A stretch of DNA of 64,000 bases from Mobula birostris (lineage: Eukaryota), in contig NC_092375.1 in the NCBI RefSeq assembly GCF_030028105.1, positions 43,995,130-44,059,129 of the forward strand, read 5' to 3'. The notes under the pieces were generated by a model. That model ran no database searches and had not been told where the DNA came from. It saw nothing but the letters and a program-made list of their open reading frames with translations. The position numbers and the translations under genes were made by a program. Positions 48,800-63,476 of the stretch are shown piece after piece (positions within the stretch are counted from its first letter, which is position 1; each line of letters begins with the position of its first letter).

Positions 48800-49870
48800 A
48801 TTTTACATCCTCACTGGCCACAGGAGTAATGCCAGGAGATTGGAGTATGACAAATGTTATTCCTTTGTTCAAGGAGAAAGTCATAGGGATGACCCTGGGA
48901 ATTACAGAGCAGTGATTTTACATCAGTGATGGGCAAACTTTTGGAGAGGATTTATAAGCACTTGGAGAAACACAGCCTAATTAGAGATAATTAGCATGGT
49001 TTTGTGAGGAACAGGTCATGCTATATGAGCTTGATTGACTTGTTTGAGTCAGCAACAAAACTAATTGTTGAAGTTAGAGCAGTGGACACAGTGTATATGG
49101 ATTTTAGTACGGAATTCAACAAGATTTCCCATGGTAAGTTCATTCAAAAAGTCAGGAGCATGGGATTCAGGGAATCTTGGCTGCATGGATTTGGAAATGG
49201 CTTGTCCACAGAAGGCAGAAGATTGTACATAGAGTGTATCCTGCCTGTAGGTCTGTGACGAATGGTGTTCCACAGGGATCTGATCTGGGACCTCTGCTCT
49301 TCAATATTTATAAAAATGACTTAGATGTGGAATTGGAACAGCATGTTAATAAGTTGGTGGTATTGTGCATGGTGTAGAAGGCTGTCACAGGTTACAATGG
49401 GAAATTGATACAATGCAAAGCTGGGCTGAGAAGAGGCGGATGAAGTTCAACTTTGGAAGACTGAACTTGAAAGCAAAATATAAGGTTAATGGCAGGATTC
49501 TTGATCGTGTGGAGGAATAGATAGATCTTGTGATCCATATCCATAGATCCTTCAAAGTTGCCACACAAGTTGATAGGATAGCTGAGGAGGTCTATGATGT
49601 GTTGGCCTTTGTTAGTCAAGGGACTGAGTTTAAGAAGTGATTAGAGGAAAGTCTAAGGGTATGTCTGAGGTGGTTTTTAATTAAACACAAGAGAATTTTA
49701 AGTGCATGGAACGCACTGCCCGGTAGGAGCAGATACATTAGGTATATTTTAGATAGGCATATAGATAAAAGAAAAATGAAGGACAATGTGGGTGAGAAAG
49801 GACAGATTAATCTTGGAATAGGTTAAAACGTCAGCACATCATCATGGGCTAATGGGCCTGTACTGTTCTT
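48800..49870 (+). mobile_element. Degenerate CR1 RT-to-tail fragment
   Basis: VDTVYMDFS and NGVPQGSDLGP motifs. Confidence 0.8.
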
Positions 49871-50189
49871 TGTCCTGTGCTCCATGTTGTGGAAATATAG
49901 TCTTGAGTAGCAATGCAGCAATGTAAGGAGGCTACTGAAGCATCTAACATCAACCTCATCCAGAGAATAACTTACCAACAGGAACAAGCAACAAGGAACA
50001 CACCACAGCTGAGATATACATCATCCTGAAAAGAAATTAACAATTGGTTAGAAGAGAGTAAACTGAGCATTTAAAGCATCTACCAAATGGTCAGAGTAAA
50101 ATAATAACGTTCAAGTGTAAAATTCTAATATTTGCTTCTGCACATTCATATACAAAAATTATTTAGATATAAGACTATCAGATGTATAG

Positions 50190-50720
50190 AACATGGAACA
50201 TAGAAAGGTACAATACAGGAATAAGCCCCTTGGTTCACGATGTCTATGCTGACCATAATACTCACCCAAACTAATCCCATCTACCTGCACATGTTCTGCA
50301 TCTCTCATTTCCTGCCTGTTCACGTGCCTACCTGAATGCCTCACAAATGTTATTGTATCTGCTTCCACCACTTTACTTGGCAGCATGTTCCAGGCATCTA
50401 CCACTCTCTTGTGTAAAATATTTTCCTTGTAAATCTCCTTTAAGCTTTCCACCTTGCACCTTAAAGCTACGCCCTCTGTTATTTGTAACTTCAACCCTGG
50501 GTCAAGGATTTTCATTATCTATCTATACACGCCTTTCATAACCTTATAGATTTCTATCAGGTTGCCTCTCAGCCCTGATGCTCCAAAGAAAACTATCAAA
50601 ATTTGTTTAACCTCTCCTGTGGCCCAACCATAGTTTCAGACAACTGCAATATGACTTCCCAACTTTTATACTCAACACCCCAACAGATGAAGGCAAGTAT
50701 CCCAGGTAACTTCTCTTCTA
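50190..50720 (-). mobile_element. CR1 3' fragment
   Basis: RVVDAWNMLP motif; tail ttctatgttccatgttcta. Confidence 0.75.
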
Positions 50721-51671
50721 CCCCATTTACTTTCAGGAAGCCATGAATTCGCACCCAAGATCCCTCTCAGACCATGTATATTATTGTCCACATTATTATA
50801 TATTACGGATTTGTTTCTAAGTTTGCAGAGGTCAACATGACATCAAAATAAAATGCAATGTAAATATTTCTGAAAACTAAGACATGCCGCAAGAAAATAT
50901 TCAAAAGATGGGGCAAAGGCATAAGAATGAACTCTGGGGGCAGTTGGCTCATCCATCTACAAGTTCTGCTCTATCTGCATAGACTGGAATGAAGCTTGTA
51001 TCCATTGGGCAAGTGTAGGGACTGCAACTCTTCAAACACTAACTCCTGGATCCTCACAGCTGTCCCAACTCAGAGGCATACTTTCTTATCCCCTTGACTG
51101 ATAAAGTATACAGTAATTAACTAAAGGAGTGTGCACTGTTACCAGGAATGCTCTCATTCTCAAGTGCACCATAGGATCAGAATCTCTGATTCCAGCTCAT
51201 CATCTCCAAACCAAAATTCGTGTAAACGCAGGCAGATGTAGTCTTAGTATACTACAGCTGCAACATGTCACCTCTTACATATATTCATTACCTTAAATAT
51301 TTTAAATCTATCGTCACTAGTAGCTTACCGAAAAAACCCAATGCAAATATACACAGTGCTTTTCATTAAGTTCAGAGATTTAAAGTCCATAATATCTGTA
51401 CTGTACCAATATATATACCCAGCTTCACTCAACTAACTCTAGCTGGTTACTCAGTCAGTTTGGAGACTTAGTTGCCTTGCTTTATATTACTATGATTTGA
51501 AACTAAAAAATTAAGAGAATTGAATTGTAAAATTCACTAAAACATTTTAAAATAAAGCAAAACTCATCTAACTCACGAAAAGATGTAATAGATAAAGCAG
51601 TAATGAAATGTTATGGTTAAAATGATCTGCACTCCATACCCCACTCCCTTCACAACAACTTAAAATGCATA

Positions 51672-53301
51672 CAGGTGTCCGCTGCTTTTCGAACGTTCGC
51701 TTTACGAAACCTCGCTGTTACAAAAGACCTTTATCAGTTACCTGTTTTCGCTAACAGAAGGTGTTTTCACTGTTACGAAGAAAGGCAGCGCGCGCCCCGA
51801 GCAGCAAAGCTCCTCTCCCGGAACTGCATTCTAGCCGGCTTTGCTTAAATATGTGCCTCTGAGCAGCCATTAGCAAGATGAGTTCTAAGGTATCGGAAAA
51901 GCCTAAAAGAGCTTGTAAGGGTGTTACACTTAGCGTAAAACTAGACATAATTAAGCGTTTCGATCGTGGTGAAAAAAGTAAGAATAAAGTGAGTTTGGCT
52001 TGTGGAAGCTGACGAAGATGATGATAAAGACGTTTGGCATCCCATGAGCAAAAACAGATAGATGAAGAGCCGATGCAATTGGAAGAGGAAAGGAAAATAA
52101 TCGAAACCACATGCAGTAGCGAATGGACCGAAAGTGAAGTTGTCCAGGAACTGAATGTGAGCAACCGCATGAGATTTTCGCCACAATGATTGCAGAATAG
52201 TACAACTTTAATTTTGAAAGGGTATGTCGGTTTAGGGCATATTTGCAGGACGGTTTTGAGTGCTTACAAAGAACTGTATGATAGTAAAATGCATGAGGCT
52301 AAGCAGTCAAGCATGCCATCATTTTTCAAGCCTTCCACATCAGCCACAGCAGACGATGAACCTCAAACTTCGACATCGAGGCAAGCAAACATAGTAGAAG
52401 ATGACCTGCCTGCCCTGATGGAAACAGACAACGATGAGATGTCACCCCAGTATCCCACCACCCCAACCACCAGGCCGCGGACCGATACATTGCCACAGGG
52501 AATGCAGCGGTAGCCGGGATGCACCCAGCACATCTTTAAGAAAAACACCGAAATAAACAAGCTTTAGGTGCTGCCCGGCACGTAAATGTCGGCCCAGATC
52601 AGAGGCCATTGTCAATTACGCTGCCTCTGATCTGGGCCAACATTTACGTGCCGGGCAGCACCTAATTAATTAGCTTGTTTATTTCGGCTTTTTTCTTAAA
52701 GATGTGCTGGTGCGTCCCAGCTACAGCTGCATTCTCTGCGGATCGGTATCAGTTCGCCGCCCGGAGGTTGGGGATCACTGCACCACCCCAACCTCCGACG
52801 ACCCAGCCTAACACACAATCATCAGTGTGCTCGGCGCTGTCTTCTCGATTCCGGTAAGTGATACTGCAGTGTACATACATTATTTCTACTTTATATAGGC
52901 TGTGTATTTTTTAAGTGTTATTTGGTATGATTTGGCAGCTTCATAGCTTAAGGGTTACTGGAGAGAGTGTTTCTGCCAAGAGCGCTTGCACCATGTTTCT
53001 GCCGAGAGCGCTTGCATGAGATTTTCGCTATGGAGAACAGTGCGGCAATGATTGTAGAAAAGTATTTCTACTTTATATAGGCTGTGTATCTACCATATCA
53101 TTCCTGCTTTTACTATATGTTACTGTTATTTTAGGTTTCATGTGTTATTTGGCATGATTAGGTAGGTTATTTTCTGGGTCTGCAAACGCTCACAAATTTT
53201 TCCCATATAAATAAATGGTAATTGCTTCTTCACTTTACAACATTCCAGCTTATGAACCGTCTCATAGGAACACTCTACCTTTGGATGGCGGGGGAAACAT
53301 G
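51672..53301 (+). mobile_element. Tigger/pogo-like deletion derivative with internal hairpin
   Basis: TA|CAGGTGTCC ... GGGAAACATG|TA; transposase N-terminal remnant (KRACKGVTLSVKLDIIKRFDRGE) at about 51880-51975. Confidence 0.75.
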
Positions 53302-53539
53302 TACTGTTATGTTTTATAACTCTAAAACTTAAAAACTAATTGAAACAAGGGAATCCAAAATAATGTACCTGAAGTGTATCTTTGTGTTTACTTTAAGTGA
53401 AGCATGCACATATCACATGGTGGCATGATGACGTATACTAGTTACATACCTTTACATGCAACTGGTAATAAATTATTTAAGCAAAGAATGATTTATCAAC
53501 ATGTTACTCAAATATTACTGAAATATTAAATACTCAACA

Positions 53540-56500
53540 CATACTTTATAACTTCTCCACCACTATTGTTGGCCAAAGCAAAGATTCTGATGAATTTTAG
53601 AGAGACTGAAAATCTGGTTGAGTCACGAGAGCCCTGCTGGCAGCTGATGGAGTATCAACATTTTAGATTACTCCTTCCCTTTTTACCTTATTGTCTCCTA
53701 CCAGAGTTTTTTTTGAAACCTTATTATAATACTTTAATACTGCTTTACTATGGCTGGGAAAAGAGCAAAAGCTTCTGCAAAAGAAAGAGAAACAGAAGAC
53801 GATTCCCCAGTCACTTTGGAATCAATCAGTGACTTCCTTAAACGGCAAAAATCTGAATTCTCCAAGGAGTTTCAACAGCTTAATGGCAAATTGGATACAA
53901 TCCAACAAACTTTAACTGAGCACGAGAACCGAATTCAGGAAAATACTGCAAAACTGGTGACATTTGAAGAGGACGTTGAAGATACATCTAACCTCTGCGA
54001 AGAGTTATCCTTAACCAATGAAAAAATTATGAAAAGGATTATCAGTCTAGAAAATAGAAACAGGAGAAATAACTTGCGAATTCTAGGTCTTGAATCAATT
54101 GAAGGCACTGACCCTACAAAGTTCTTTGCAAACTTTCCGAAAAAGCTACTCCCTGTTCTACTGACTTCTGAGTTGAAGCTTGATCAAGCTTTTCACTCGC
54201 CGACTTCGAAGCCATTGTCGTCGGCTGCGAGACCCAAGTCGGTCACTCTAAGTTTTCATGAATTTCATAATAAAGACCTTTTAATTCGCCATACCCGTCG
54301 ACAAGGAATGATTGACTTCCATGGTTACAAGGTCAGATTTGTGGAAGATTATTCGCCTGAAGTTACGGCTGATCATATGAAATATAAAGAAGTTATGTCG
54401 GAATTTTATAATAAAGGATTTGCACCTTATGAAGGAGGAGAAGATGGAGGCGCGACGCAGCTCGCAGCAGCCACTCCGGTGAATGATATCTGTGCACAAT
54501 CCTGATTTGATGGAGACAGACGTGACAGCACGGAGGAACATCCGGTGAAACTACTGAAATGCCTGTTTCACTGCTGTTCGCTGCTACCGTGTGATCCAGA
54601 ATCTCCAGAGGGGAAGGCCCCGAGTCCTCGGATTTGCTTGTTGCTCGACGGCCAGGGCGGGGTTGAAGCACTCGGCAGAGATGGTGCTCGGTGTCGGAGG
54701 GCTGGTTGGAGGCTCGAAGTTTTTGGACGGACTCAGAATTGGCTGCAGTCCGGTGCTTCCAACTCATCGGCAAGTTTGCGGCGCTTGGAGGCAGGGAGAG
54801 TTTCTCCCTTCTACCCTCAGCATGAGATGATGGGGCTATCGGGACTTGAGCCATTTTTTTTTACCATGCCCATGGTCTGCTCTTCATCAAATTACGGTAT
54901 TGCTTTGCATTGTTGTAACTATATGTTATAATTATGTTAGTTTTGGTTTGTCCTGTGTTTCTGTGATATCTCTCTGGAGCGACATTGTATCATTTTTTAA
55001 TGCATGCATTTCTAATTGACAATAAACGAGGACTGAGTGTCCTCATAATCTAATCTAATCTAATCTAAACCATCCCTTCTGTTTCCCACCCATCTGAGTA
55101 TTGATTTGAAGAAAACAGATTGCGAAAAAGAATAAAGTTGGTTGAAAACGCAAAGGAGTTTCTGAAGGATGAAGCCTAAAACTGTTATATTTCTTAGTTG
55201 ATCAATTTTCTCCTCTGTTAATATGAATTTGAAATAAGGTTTCAATAAGCCTATGTTTTGGTTGTTCGTATATTGTTTTTTGTTGCATTTTTTTAATACT
55301 TTTTTATTATATCCCTTTTTGAGGCTTTATTTTAACACAGCTTTCTTTGAATTTGTTTAAACTAATCCTTTTATATTTCTGAATTCTGAGTTATTTTTCT
55401 TTTTATGTTGTGTCTTGGTAGGGACATATTTGACCTTGTAGGATCGGAGTTTCTGTCAACAGGATTTTTTGGGGAGGGAACTTAGTTGTTAGCTCGCTGA
55501 TTGTCTATTGGTCAGCTTTCTTGCTTTGGGTGGGGGAGGGAGTAGGGCCTATTTCTCCCTGGGAGCTGTGTTGGGTCGGTTATATGACTGCCTCTTTGAC
55601 TACCTTACCTTACGGTTTGCTTTCTAGTTTTTATAACTTATGGCCAGATATTTTAATTACATAATGATTTCTATTTAAAATGGTTCAAAATACTAACTTA
55701 TTTAGTTTGAATATGAAAGGGCTGAATCATCCCATTAAACAGAACAAAGTGTTTGCTTATATTAAAAAATTAAAAGCACCCATTATTTTCTTACAAGAAA
55801 CACAAATACGCAACTGTGAGAGCTTACATTTGTTTACTCGGTGGAAGGGTATGCAGTTCCACTCTTCGTTTGATGGAAAATCACGTGAAGTTTTGATTTT
55901 TGTAGATAATAGCTTCCTTTGTTCAGCATACAGTTGTTTTGGATCCTAATGGTCGATTTGTTATTGTATCAGGGAGTTTAGACAGTAAATTGATTGTTTG
56001 CCAGATTTGTGTACTTACTGTCTTGTGATGGGAGGAGATTTTAATTGCTGGTTAGATCCAGTATTAGATCACTCATCTGTCAAACCAGCCACACTTAATA
56101 AATCAGCTTTGTTTATCCAACCCTTTCTAACTAAATGTGGTATAGTTGATGTTTGGCATTTTCTTCATCCAACGGACAGGGAGTATTCTTTTTTCTCTCA
56201 TGCCCATCATTCTTATACCAGGATTGATTATTTTTTTATTGACAGTCAAATGATTCCATTGGTTCAATCGATCGAAAATAAAGAGATTGCTATTTCTGAC
56301 CACTCTCCTGTACTTCTATCTTTAAATCTCCCTGGTTCTATCCCTATGAGTAGATTTTGGCGATTTAATTTAACTCTGCTATCCAATGAGGACTTTTTAA
56401 AACTTATGGAAAATCAAATTACTCTTTTTTTTTGAAGAAAATACTTCGGAAGAGACATCTTGTCTTATTATATGGGATACTTTTAAAGCATATATCCAGG

Positions 56501-59500
56501 GTCAAATTATGTCTTATACTGCAAATATCATTATAAAAGCTAACAAAGAGAGAAACGAACTAGCTATTCAGTTAAAACTGGACCATAAATATGCTTCGAT
56601 ACCCGACCCTGAAACATATAAGAGACGTATTGAAACCAAAACTAAATATGATCTTCTTTTCACCCATCCTATTGAAAGCCAGCTTATAAAAGATAGAAGT
56701 CAATTTTATATTCACGGAGATAAAACTGGTAAGCTACCGGTTAATCAATTGAAGCCATTTTTAGCCAAGTGGCAAATTAAAGAAATACCTAAAATTAATG
56801 GGGACATTAGTGAGAGTAAGAGTTCAGCACGGACTAGAAGGGCCGAGATGGCCTGTTTCCATGCTGTAATTGTTATATGGTTATACGACAAGTGACCACT
56901 CTGAAATTAATGACACTTTGAGGGAATTTTATTTCAAAATGTATAGTTCTGACTCTGTTAAGGATAATATTGCAATGAATAATTTTTTAGATCAAGTGAA
57001 TATTCCTAATCTTTCAATAGATGATCGTAGGCAATTGGATTAACCCATTTCCCAGGAGGAAATTGCTCAGGCTATTCAAGAATTGCATTCTGGGAAATCC
57101 CCAGGATCCGATGGATTCTCTGCAGAGTTTTATAAGGCTTTTTCCTCCCTTATACCACACTTATGTTCTACCCTTACAGATTCCTTTAAGGTAGGAAGAT
57201 TACCGCAGTCCTTTTTACAAAGCTTCCATTTCGCTTCTTCTCAAAAAGAATAAGAATCCTACTGAATGTTCTTCGTATAGACCTATCTCTTTACTCAGTT
57301 TTGATAACTAAAATTTTATCTAAAGTGTTGGATCGCAGACTTGAAAATATTTTATCTTCTATAGTTTCGGATGATCAGACAGGATTTATTAAAAATCGAT
57401 ATTCCAATTTTAATATATGGCCTTTGTTAAATGTTATGCATTCTCCATCTAAGGAAATATCGGAATGTGTGATATCTTTGGATGCAGAGAAAGCCTTTGA
57501 CAGAGTTGAATAGAATTTACATCCTTAGAAAAAAGTAATTTTGGACCTAATTTTATTCATTGGATTAAATTACTTTATTTATCTCCCTCCGCTCGGGTCC
57601 TTACTAATCTTCAGAATTCTAAACCCCTTAAACTCCACTGTGGAACTAGACAAAGTTGTCCTTTGAGCCCTCTGCTTTCTGATTTGGTATTAGAACCCTT
57701 AGCAATTGCTTTTCAAGTGTCTAAAGAGATTACTGGTATTTTAAGGAGAGGTACTATCCATAAAGTGTCGCTCTATGCTGATGACTTATTGCTTTTTCTA
57801 TCTAATGTTATAACCTCCTTACCATTTGTGTTTCGTTTACTGACTAATTTTAGTCAGTTCTCAGGACATAAACTAAATTTACATAAAAGTAAACTGTTTC
57901 CTTTAAACAATTTAATACCAACTAATATTAACCTTCCTTTTAAAATTTAACAAAAACAATTTATGTATTTCGGAGTAACAATTACTAAGAAATATAAAGA
58001 CTTATTAAAGGAAAATTTTTTAACTTTATTGAATTAAGTTAAAAAAGCACTTTCTAGTTGGTCGCCTCTCTATCTATCATTGATTGGCCAAATTAATTCT
58101 ATTAAAATGAATATCTTACCTAAATTTATATACCTCTTTTCAAGCTGTGCCTGTTTTTATTCCTAAAACTTTTTTTGACTCTTTGGATTCAATTCTTTCT
58201 TCTTATAAATGGAAGAATACCAAACCTCTTATAAATAAAGCTCACCTTCAAAAAAAAACAAACAGAATGGTGGCTTTGCCTTACCCAAATTTAGCTTATA
58301 TTATTGGGCAATTAATATACAAAATATTACGTTCTAGATATATTACATTAACCATGAGAATTGCCCTATATGGGTTTCTTTGGAAGTCAAGTCTATTACG
58401 AAATTTTCCATTATTTCTTTACTTGGATCCTCACTTCCTTTATCTTTAAATAAGCTAACTGACAATCTGGTGGTCAAACATACTTTGAGGATTTGGTTAC
58501 AGTTCAGAAAACATTTTGGTTTATTGAGATTCTCCCTCTCGAGCCTCATCTTTTCTAATTGTTTTTTAAACCATCTTTAATTGACTTATCTTTCAAAGAA
58601 TGGGATAGATAGGGTATTAAACGATTTTAGCATTTGTTTGATGGAGAGAATCTCTTCTTTTTTGCAACTTTCAACGAAATTTAACCTTCGCAATACCCAC
58701 TTTTTTCAATATTTACAGCTTAGAGATTTTTAAAGATCTCAATTACATACATTTCCTACAAGTCCAGATAAGGATAATAGATACAATTTTTAATCTGAAA
58801 CCCTTTGACAACGGTTCAATATCTTACATTTATGGTCTGCTATTGGGACTGAAAAAGGCCTATTTAGACAAAATTAAAGGAGACTGGGAAAAGGATTTAC
58901 AGATTTTCAAATCTGAAGAGAGCTGAAGATTATTTTAAAATTGATTAATTTTTCATCATTATGTGCTCGTCATTTTCTATTACAATGCAAAGTGGTACAT
59001 AGAGTTCATATGTCTAAAGACAAGCTCTCTCGTTTCTACGCAAATATTTCCCCTTACTGTGACAGATGTACTAATGGAATGGCCACACTAATTCATACGT
59101 TTTGGACATGTCTGAGCCTTGAAAAATTTTGGAAAGATGTATTTCAAACTTTTTCTGTACTCTTCAATGTTACTTTTAAGCCCAATCCTTTGACTGCCAT
59201 GTTTGGTATTGTCAAGGATAGCGCGACAAAACTGAAGCCATCTAATTTGCGGGTATTGGCCTTTATGTCTCTTATGGCCAGGAGGGTGATCTTGCTCAAG
59301 TGGAAGGAGACTGCCCCGCCCACTCATGCTCAATGGTTATCTGATGTTATGTTATGCCTTGATATAGAGAAGATTCATTGTTCGATTTCTGGTTCAAAAC
59401 GTGATTTTCTAATGTTATGGGGACCCTTTCTGAGTTATTTTCATAATCTTTGAACTGTTATTAAAGTATGGATCTGAGCCATTATATTATTATTATAATA

Positions 59501-59770
59501 TTAATTGTAAAGGTATCTCTTTTTTTCCTTCTCTTTTTTTTTTAACCAACCAGCACATTTTGGTGGTGGGGGTAGATTTTTGTTAATAAAATACAATTAT
59601 TTTACCTTATTTCATTTCATAATTCAATTTTTTTTCTACGATTGATTTGGAATATGGGATACTGTGTTTTAAATGTAATGCAATTTATATTACTTATTTG
59701 TATCCTAATGAATTTTGTATTTGTATTTATGCAATTTATATAATATTAATTAAAATATAGAAAGAGAAAA
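53540..59770 (+). mobile_element. Near full-length degenerate L1/Tx1-type LINE
   Basis: ORF1 53750-54430 (coiled coil, LENRNRRNNLRILG). ORF2 remnants: SLNMKGLN..FLQET, GGDFN, RIDYFF, SDHSP, GKSPGSDG, YRPISL, SLDAEKAFDRVE, SLYADD, C-terminal CDRC..HTFWTC. A-rich end; many frameshifts. Confidence 0.9.
54430..55068 (+). mobile_element. LINE 3' UTR insertion within L1 ORF1 (same family as 26247-26724)
   Basis: Shared gaaggcccc..gatggtgctcggtgtcgg..aataaacgaggactg; tail (taatc)n; L1 sequence resumes at about 55069. Confidence 0.75.
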
Positions 59771-59789
59771 TCCAGTTAAGTGATGCCAA

Positions 59790-61190
59790 AACACTAGTCC
59801 CTCACTCAGCGTCAGCAAAACCTAAGAGCTGATTATCATCTGCAGGAGGATGAAGCTCATTCCGGGAATGGAAGTGGAGAAGGCAGTAGCTTTAAATTTC
59901 TTGGCGCTGATATATCAGAGAATATTTCCTGGAACCAGCAACTAAGTGTTATCACAAAGAAGGCACAACAGTGCCCTTACTTTCTTAGAAGTTTATGCAT
60001 TCCTGGCATGTCACAAAGAATTCCGACAATCTTCTACAGATGCACAGTATAAAGTATCCAAACTAGTTGCATCATGGCTCAGCATGGAAAGTTGTGCCCG
60101 GGAATGGTGAAGGTTACAGAAAGTAGTGGATACAGCCCAGTCCATCACAGTCAAAGCCCTTCCCACCATTGAGGATATTTACATGGAATGCTGCGACAAG
60201 AAAATAGCATCCATCATTAAAGACTCCCACCAAATGGGCCAGTCTCTTTTCTATACTACCGCTGGGCAGGAGGTACAGAAGCTTAGGCTCCCAGGGACAG
60301 TTATTACCCTACTACCATCAGACTCCTGTTCCAGAAAGGATAATTTCAATCACCCCGACTCTGAACTGATTCTATGACTTACAGACTCACTTTCAAGGAT
60401 CCTTTACAACTCATTTTTATGTGCACAATTCATCATTTGCACATTAGCTGTCAGTTGTTTGTCACTTTGTCTACTCATGAATAATTTTTCATAAAATTCT
60501 ATTTTTGAATTGAATTGAATTATTTAAATGATACATCCGTCCCGCAACACAAGGGAGTTAAAATCTTCCGTCACAATGTCTAATGGCTTGTAGAAAGAAG
60601 CTGTTCCGTAGCCTGTTGGTCCTGGCTTCAATGTTGCGGTACCATTTACCAGACAGAAGCAGCTGAAACAGTTTATGGCTGGGGGTGAGTGGTGTCCCCG
60701 ATTATCTTCCAAGCCTTCTTTATGCACCTACTGTTATAAATGTCCTCAATGGAGGGAAGTTCACATCCACAGATGCACTAGGCTGTCCGTACCACTCTGC
60801 AGTACCCAGCGATCAAGGTTGGTGCAGTTCCCATACCAGGCGGTGATGGAGCCAGACAGAATGCTCTCAATGGGGCCCCTGTAGAAGGTCTTGAGGATTT
60901 GGGGGCTCATGCCGAACTTTTTCAGTCGCCTGAGGTGGAAGAGACGCTGCTGTGCTTTTTTTTGCCACACAGCCAGTGTGTACATTCCAGATGAGATCAT
61001 TGGTGATGTGAATACTGAGGAACTTGAAACTACTCACCCTCTCAACCACAGTCCCATTGGTATCTCCATTCCTCTTGTAATCCACAATCAGCTGTTTTGT
61101 TTTTGTTTGGTACGTCTTTTTTTCCCCTGTAAACACCTTCAAGAAAAAGTAATCTCAAGGTAGTATTTGGTAACATATAGTATGTATCAG
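59790..61190. mobile_element. Two Rex1/L2-like 3' fragments in opposite orientation (59790-60480 +, 60510-61190 -)
   Basis: DTAQSITVKALPTIEDIY on plus; KKAQQRLFHLRRLKKFG..ESILSGSITAWYG on minus. Confidence 0.75.
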
Positions 61191-61479
61191 TCCTGAAGAA
61201 GGGTCTCGGCCCAAAACATCAATTGTTTACTCTCTTCCACAGATGCCGCCTGACCTGCTAAGTTCCTCCAGCACTTAGTGAGTGTTGCTAGGGTAACATA
61301 TAGGTACTTTGATAACTTCACTTTGACTTTGATCTCTGGAAGGAGATGGACAGTTGATATTTCAGGTCAACACTTGTTATCTGGATCCTTCAATCCAATG
61401 AATGGTCTTGACTCGAAACATCGACTGTCCATTTCCCTGCACAAATACTACCTGATCCACTGTGATCCGGCAGTCTGAC

Positions 61480-62580
61480 CATACATAGAAGCAGAAGTCG
61501 GACATTCAACCAATTAAGTCTGCTCTGCCATTTCATCATGACTAATTTATTATCTCTCTCAATCACATTCCCATGCCTTCTCCTCGTAACATCTGACACC
61601 TTGACTCAACCCATCTCCATTTTAAACATAATGACTTGGCCTCCATAGCCACCTGTGGCAATAGATTCCACAGATTCATTTTCCCTCTGGCTAAAGAAAT
61701 TTCTCTACATCTCTGTTCTAAATGGACGTCCCTTTATTCTGAGGCTGGGACCTCTAGTCCTAGGCTCACTCACGAAAGGAAACTTCCTCTCCAATTCCAC
61801 TCTAAGCCTTTCAATATTTAATAGCTTTCAATGAGATCTCCCCCTCATTCTTCTAAACTCCAGCAAGTACATGCTCCTCATATGTTAACCCTTTCATTCC
61901 CAGAATCATTCCCATGAACCTCCTCTGGAGGAGCACATCTTTTCTTGGATAAGGGGCCCAAAACTGCTCACAATACTCAAAGACCAGTCTGACCAATGCT
62001 TTATAAAGCCTCAGGGTCACATCTTTTCTCTTATATTCTAGTCCTCTCCAGATGAATGCAAACATTGTATTCGCCTTCCTTATCACCAACTCACCCTGCA
62101 AGTTAACCTTGAGGGAATCCTGCAGCACTCCCAAGTCCCACTGCACCTCTGATTTTTGAATTTTCTCCCCATTTACAAAATAGTCTACGCTTTTATTCCT
62201 TCTACCAATGTGCATGACCGTACACTATATTCCATCTATTCTAGCAACTTTTACGTGTGTTGCTATATTCCAACTGCCACTTTTTTGCTCATTGTCCCAA
62301 ACTGTCTGTCCTTCTGTAGACTCCCTACTTCCTCAACACTATCTGCCCTTGCACTAATCTTTGTATCATCCGCAGTCTTCGCCACAAAGCCATCAATTTC
62401 ATCATCCAAATTATTGCAATAACATAAAAAGAAGCAGTCCCGATACCGACCCCTGCAGAGCATCGCTAGTCACCAGCTGCCAACCAGAGTAGGCCTCCTT
62501 TCTGCCAACTCTTTGCCTCCTGCCAGTCAGCCAATCATCTATTCATGCTAGTATCTTTCTTGTAATACCATGGACTCTTA
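61480..62580 (-). mobile_element. Degenerate CR1 RT fragment
   Basis: VAKTADDTKI and EYCEQFWAPY motifs. Confidence 0.8.
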
Positions 62581-63476
62581 TGAGTCTGATAGTAAGTGTT
62601 CCTTATGAAAGCCAGAGCAAAACAATGATTGTAAACTGAGTTGAACATAAGAAACACTAAAAGTGATTCCAACACATTTTCACTTTTAAATCTTACATCC
62701 TGTATACTAAGCGTTTAGGAATTCTACACATGGGTATTAAGGAGGCCAAAAAACTATTAGAAGAAATTGCTTCTAAACAAAATGTCTTTGCTGCAATTGG
62801 CATTAGATGCTCTCAAATGTCCACAACATGAGATTTCAACCTTTGACTCCATACATTGAATAACCCGAAGTGCATAATCATATTCTTTATCAAAGTACCA
62901 AGTGCAGAAAATCTGGCTAGAAAGATTAACATAAATTGCTGCTATTGTGTTTATAAAATATGTGAAGCTCTCAAACTCGTTTACCAAAAAAAAATTCAAA
63001 ACGGAGACATTATGTTAACTTTATGTAGAAAACGTTGCTTTTACCACACGTGGGAGAACTGTTCTGGGGACCACATGAAAACATCGAGACAGTAAAGAAA
63101 ATGTTCAAAAACTTAATTATACAGTACCAGGGCGATTTGGTTTCACACTGAGGAAAGGCCATTACTACAAAAACTGTATACCAACTTAACGAAAGCCTCA
63201 AAAATATTTTCAAGATTAAGAGTTATCTAAAAATAATTGACTATAAATATCAAGCCATCAAATATTCAAGATCGTCATCCTCCCTAACTAAGATGGGGGG
63301 TTGGGCCAAGGGCCTCCGCCATAATGTACTTCCATACTTTCCACCGCCAAAATCAATGTTCAAACCTTTTAAAATCTCTCACATAAAAGTAGATGTTATA
63401 AACACTCAGAAGGTCATCGTGGAAAGAGAAAATTAGGGCACATTTCTGGTCGGCAACCTGAAATATTAACTCTGCT

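Noticed and set aside
61190-61225. Additional hammerhead-like motifs (also about 2586, 5115, 14255, 14830, 61400)
   Set aside because: Catalytic core mutated (e.g. GAAA to AAAA); decayed copies, not functional ribozymes.
62757-62999. 80-aa Cys-containing minus ORF
   Set aside because: No recognisable domain; only a 62-nt part has splice-like borders, in a different frame.
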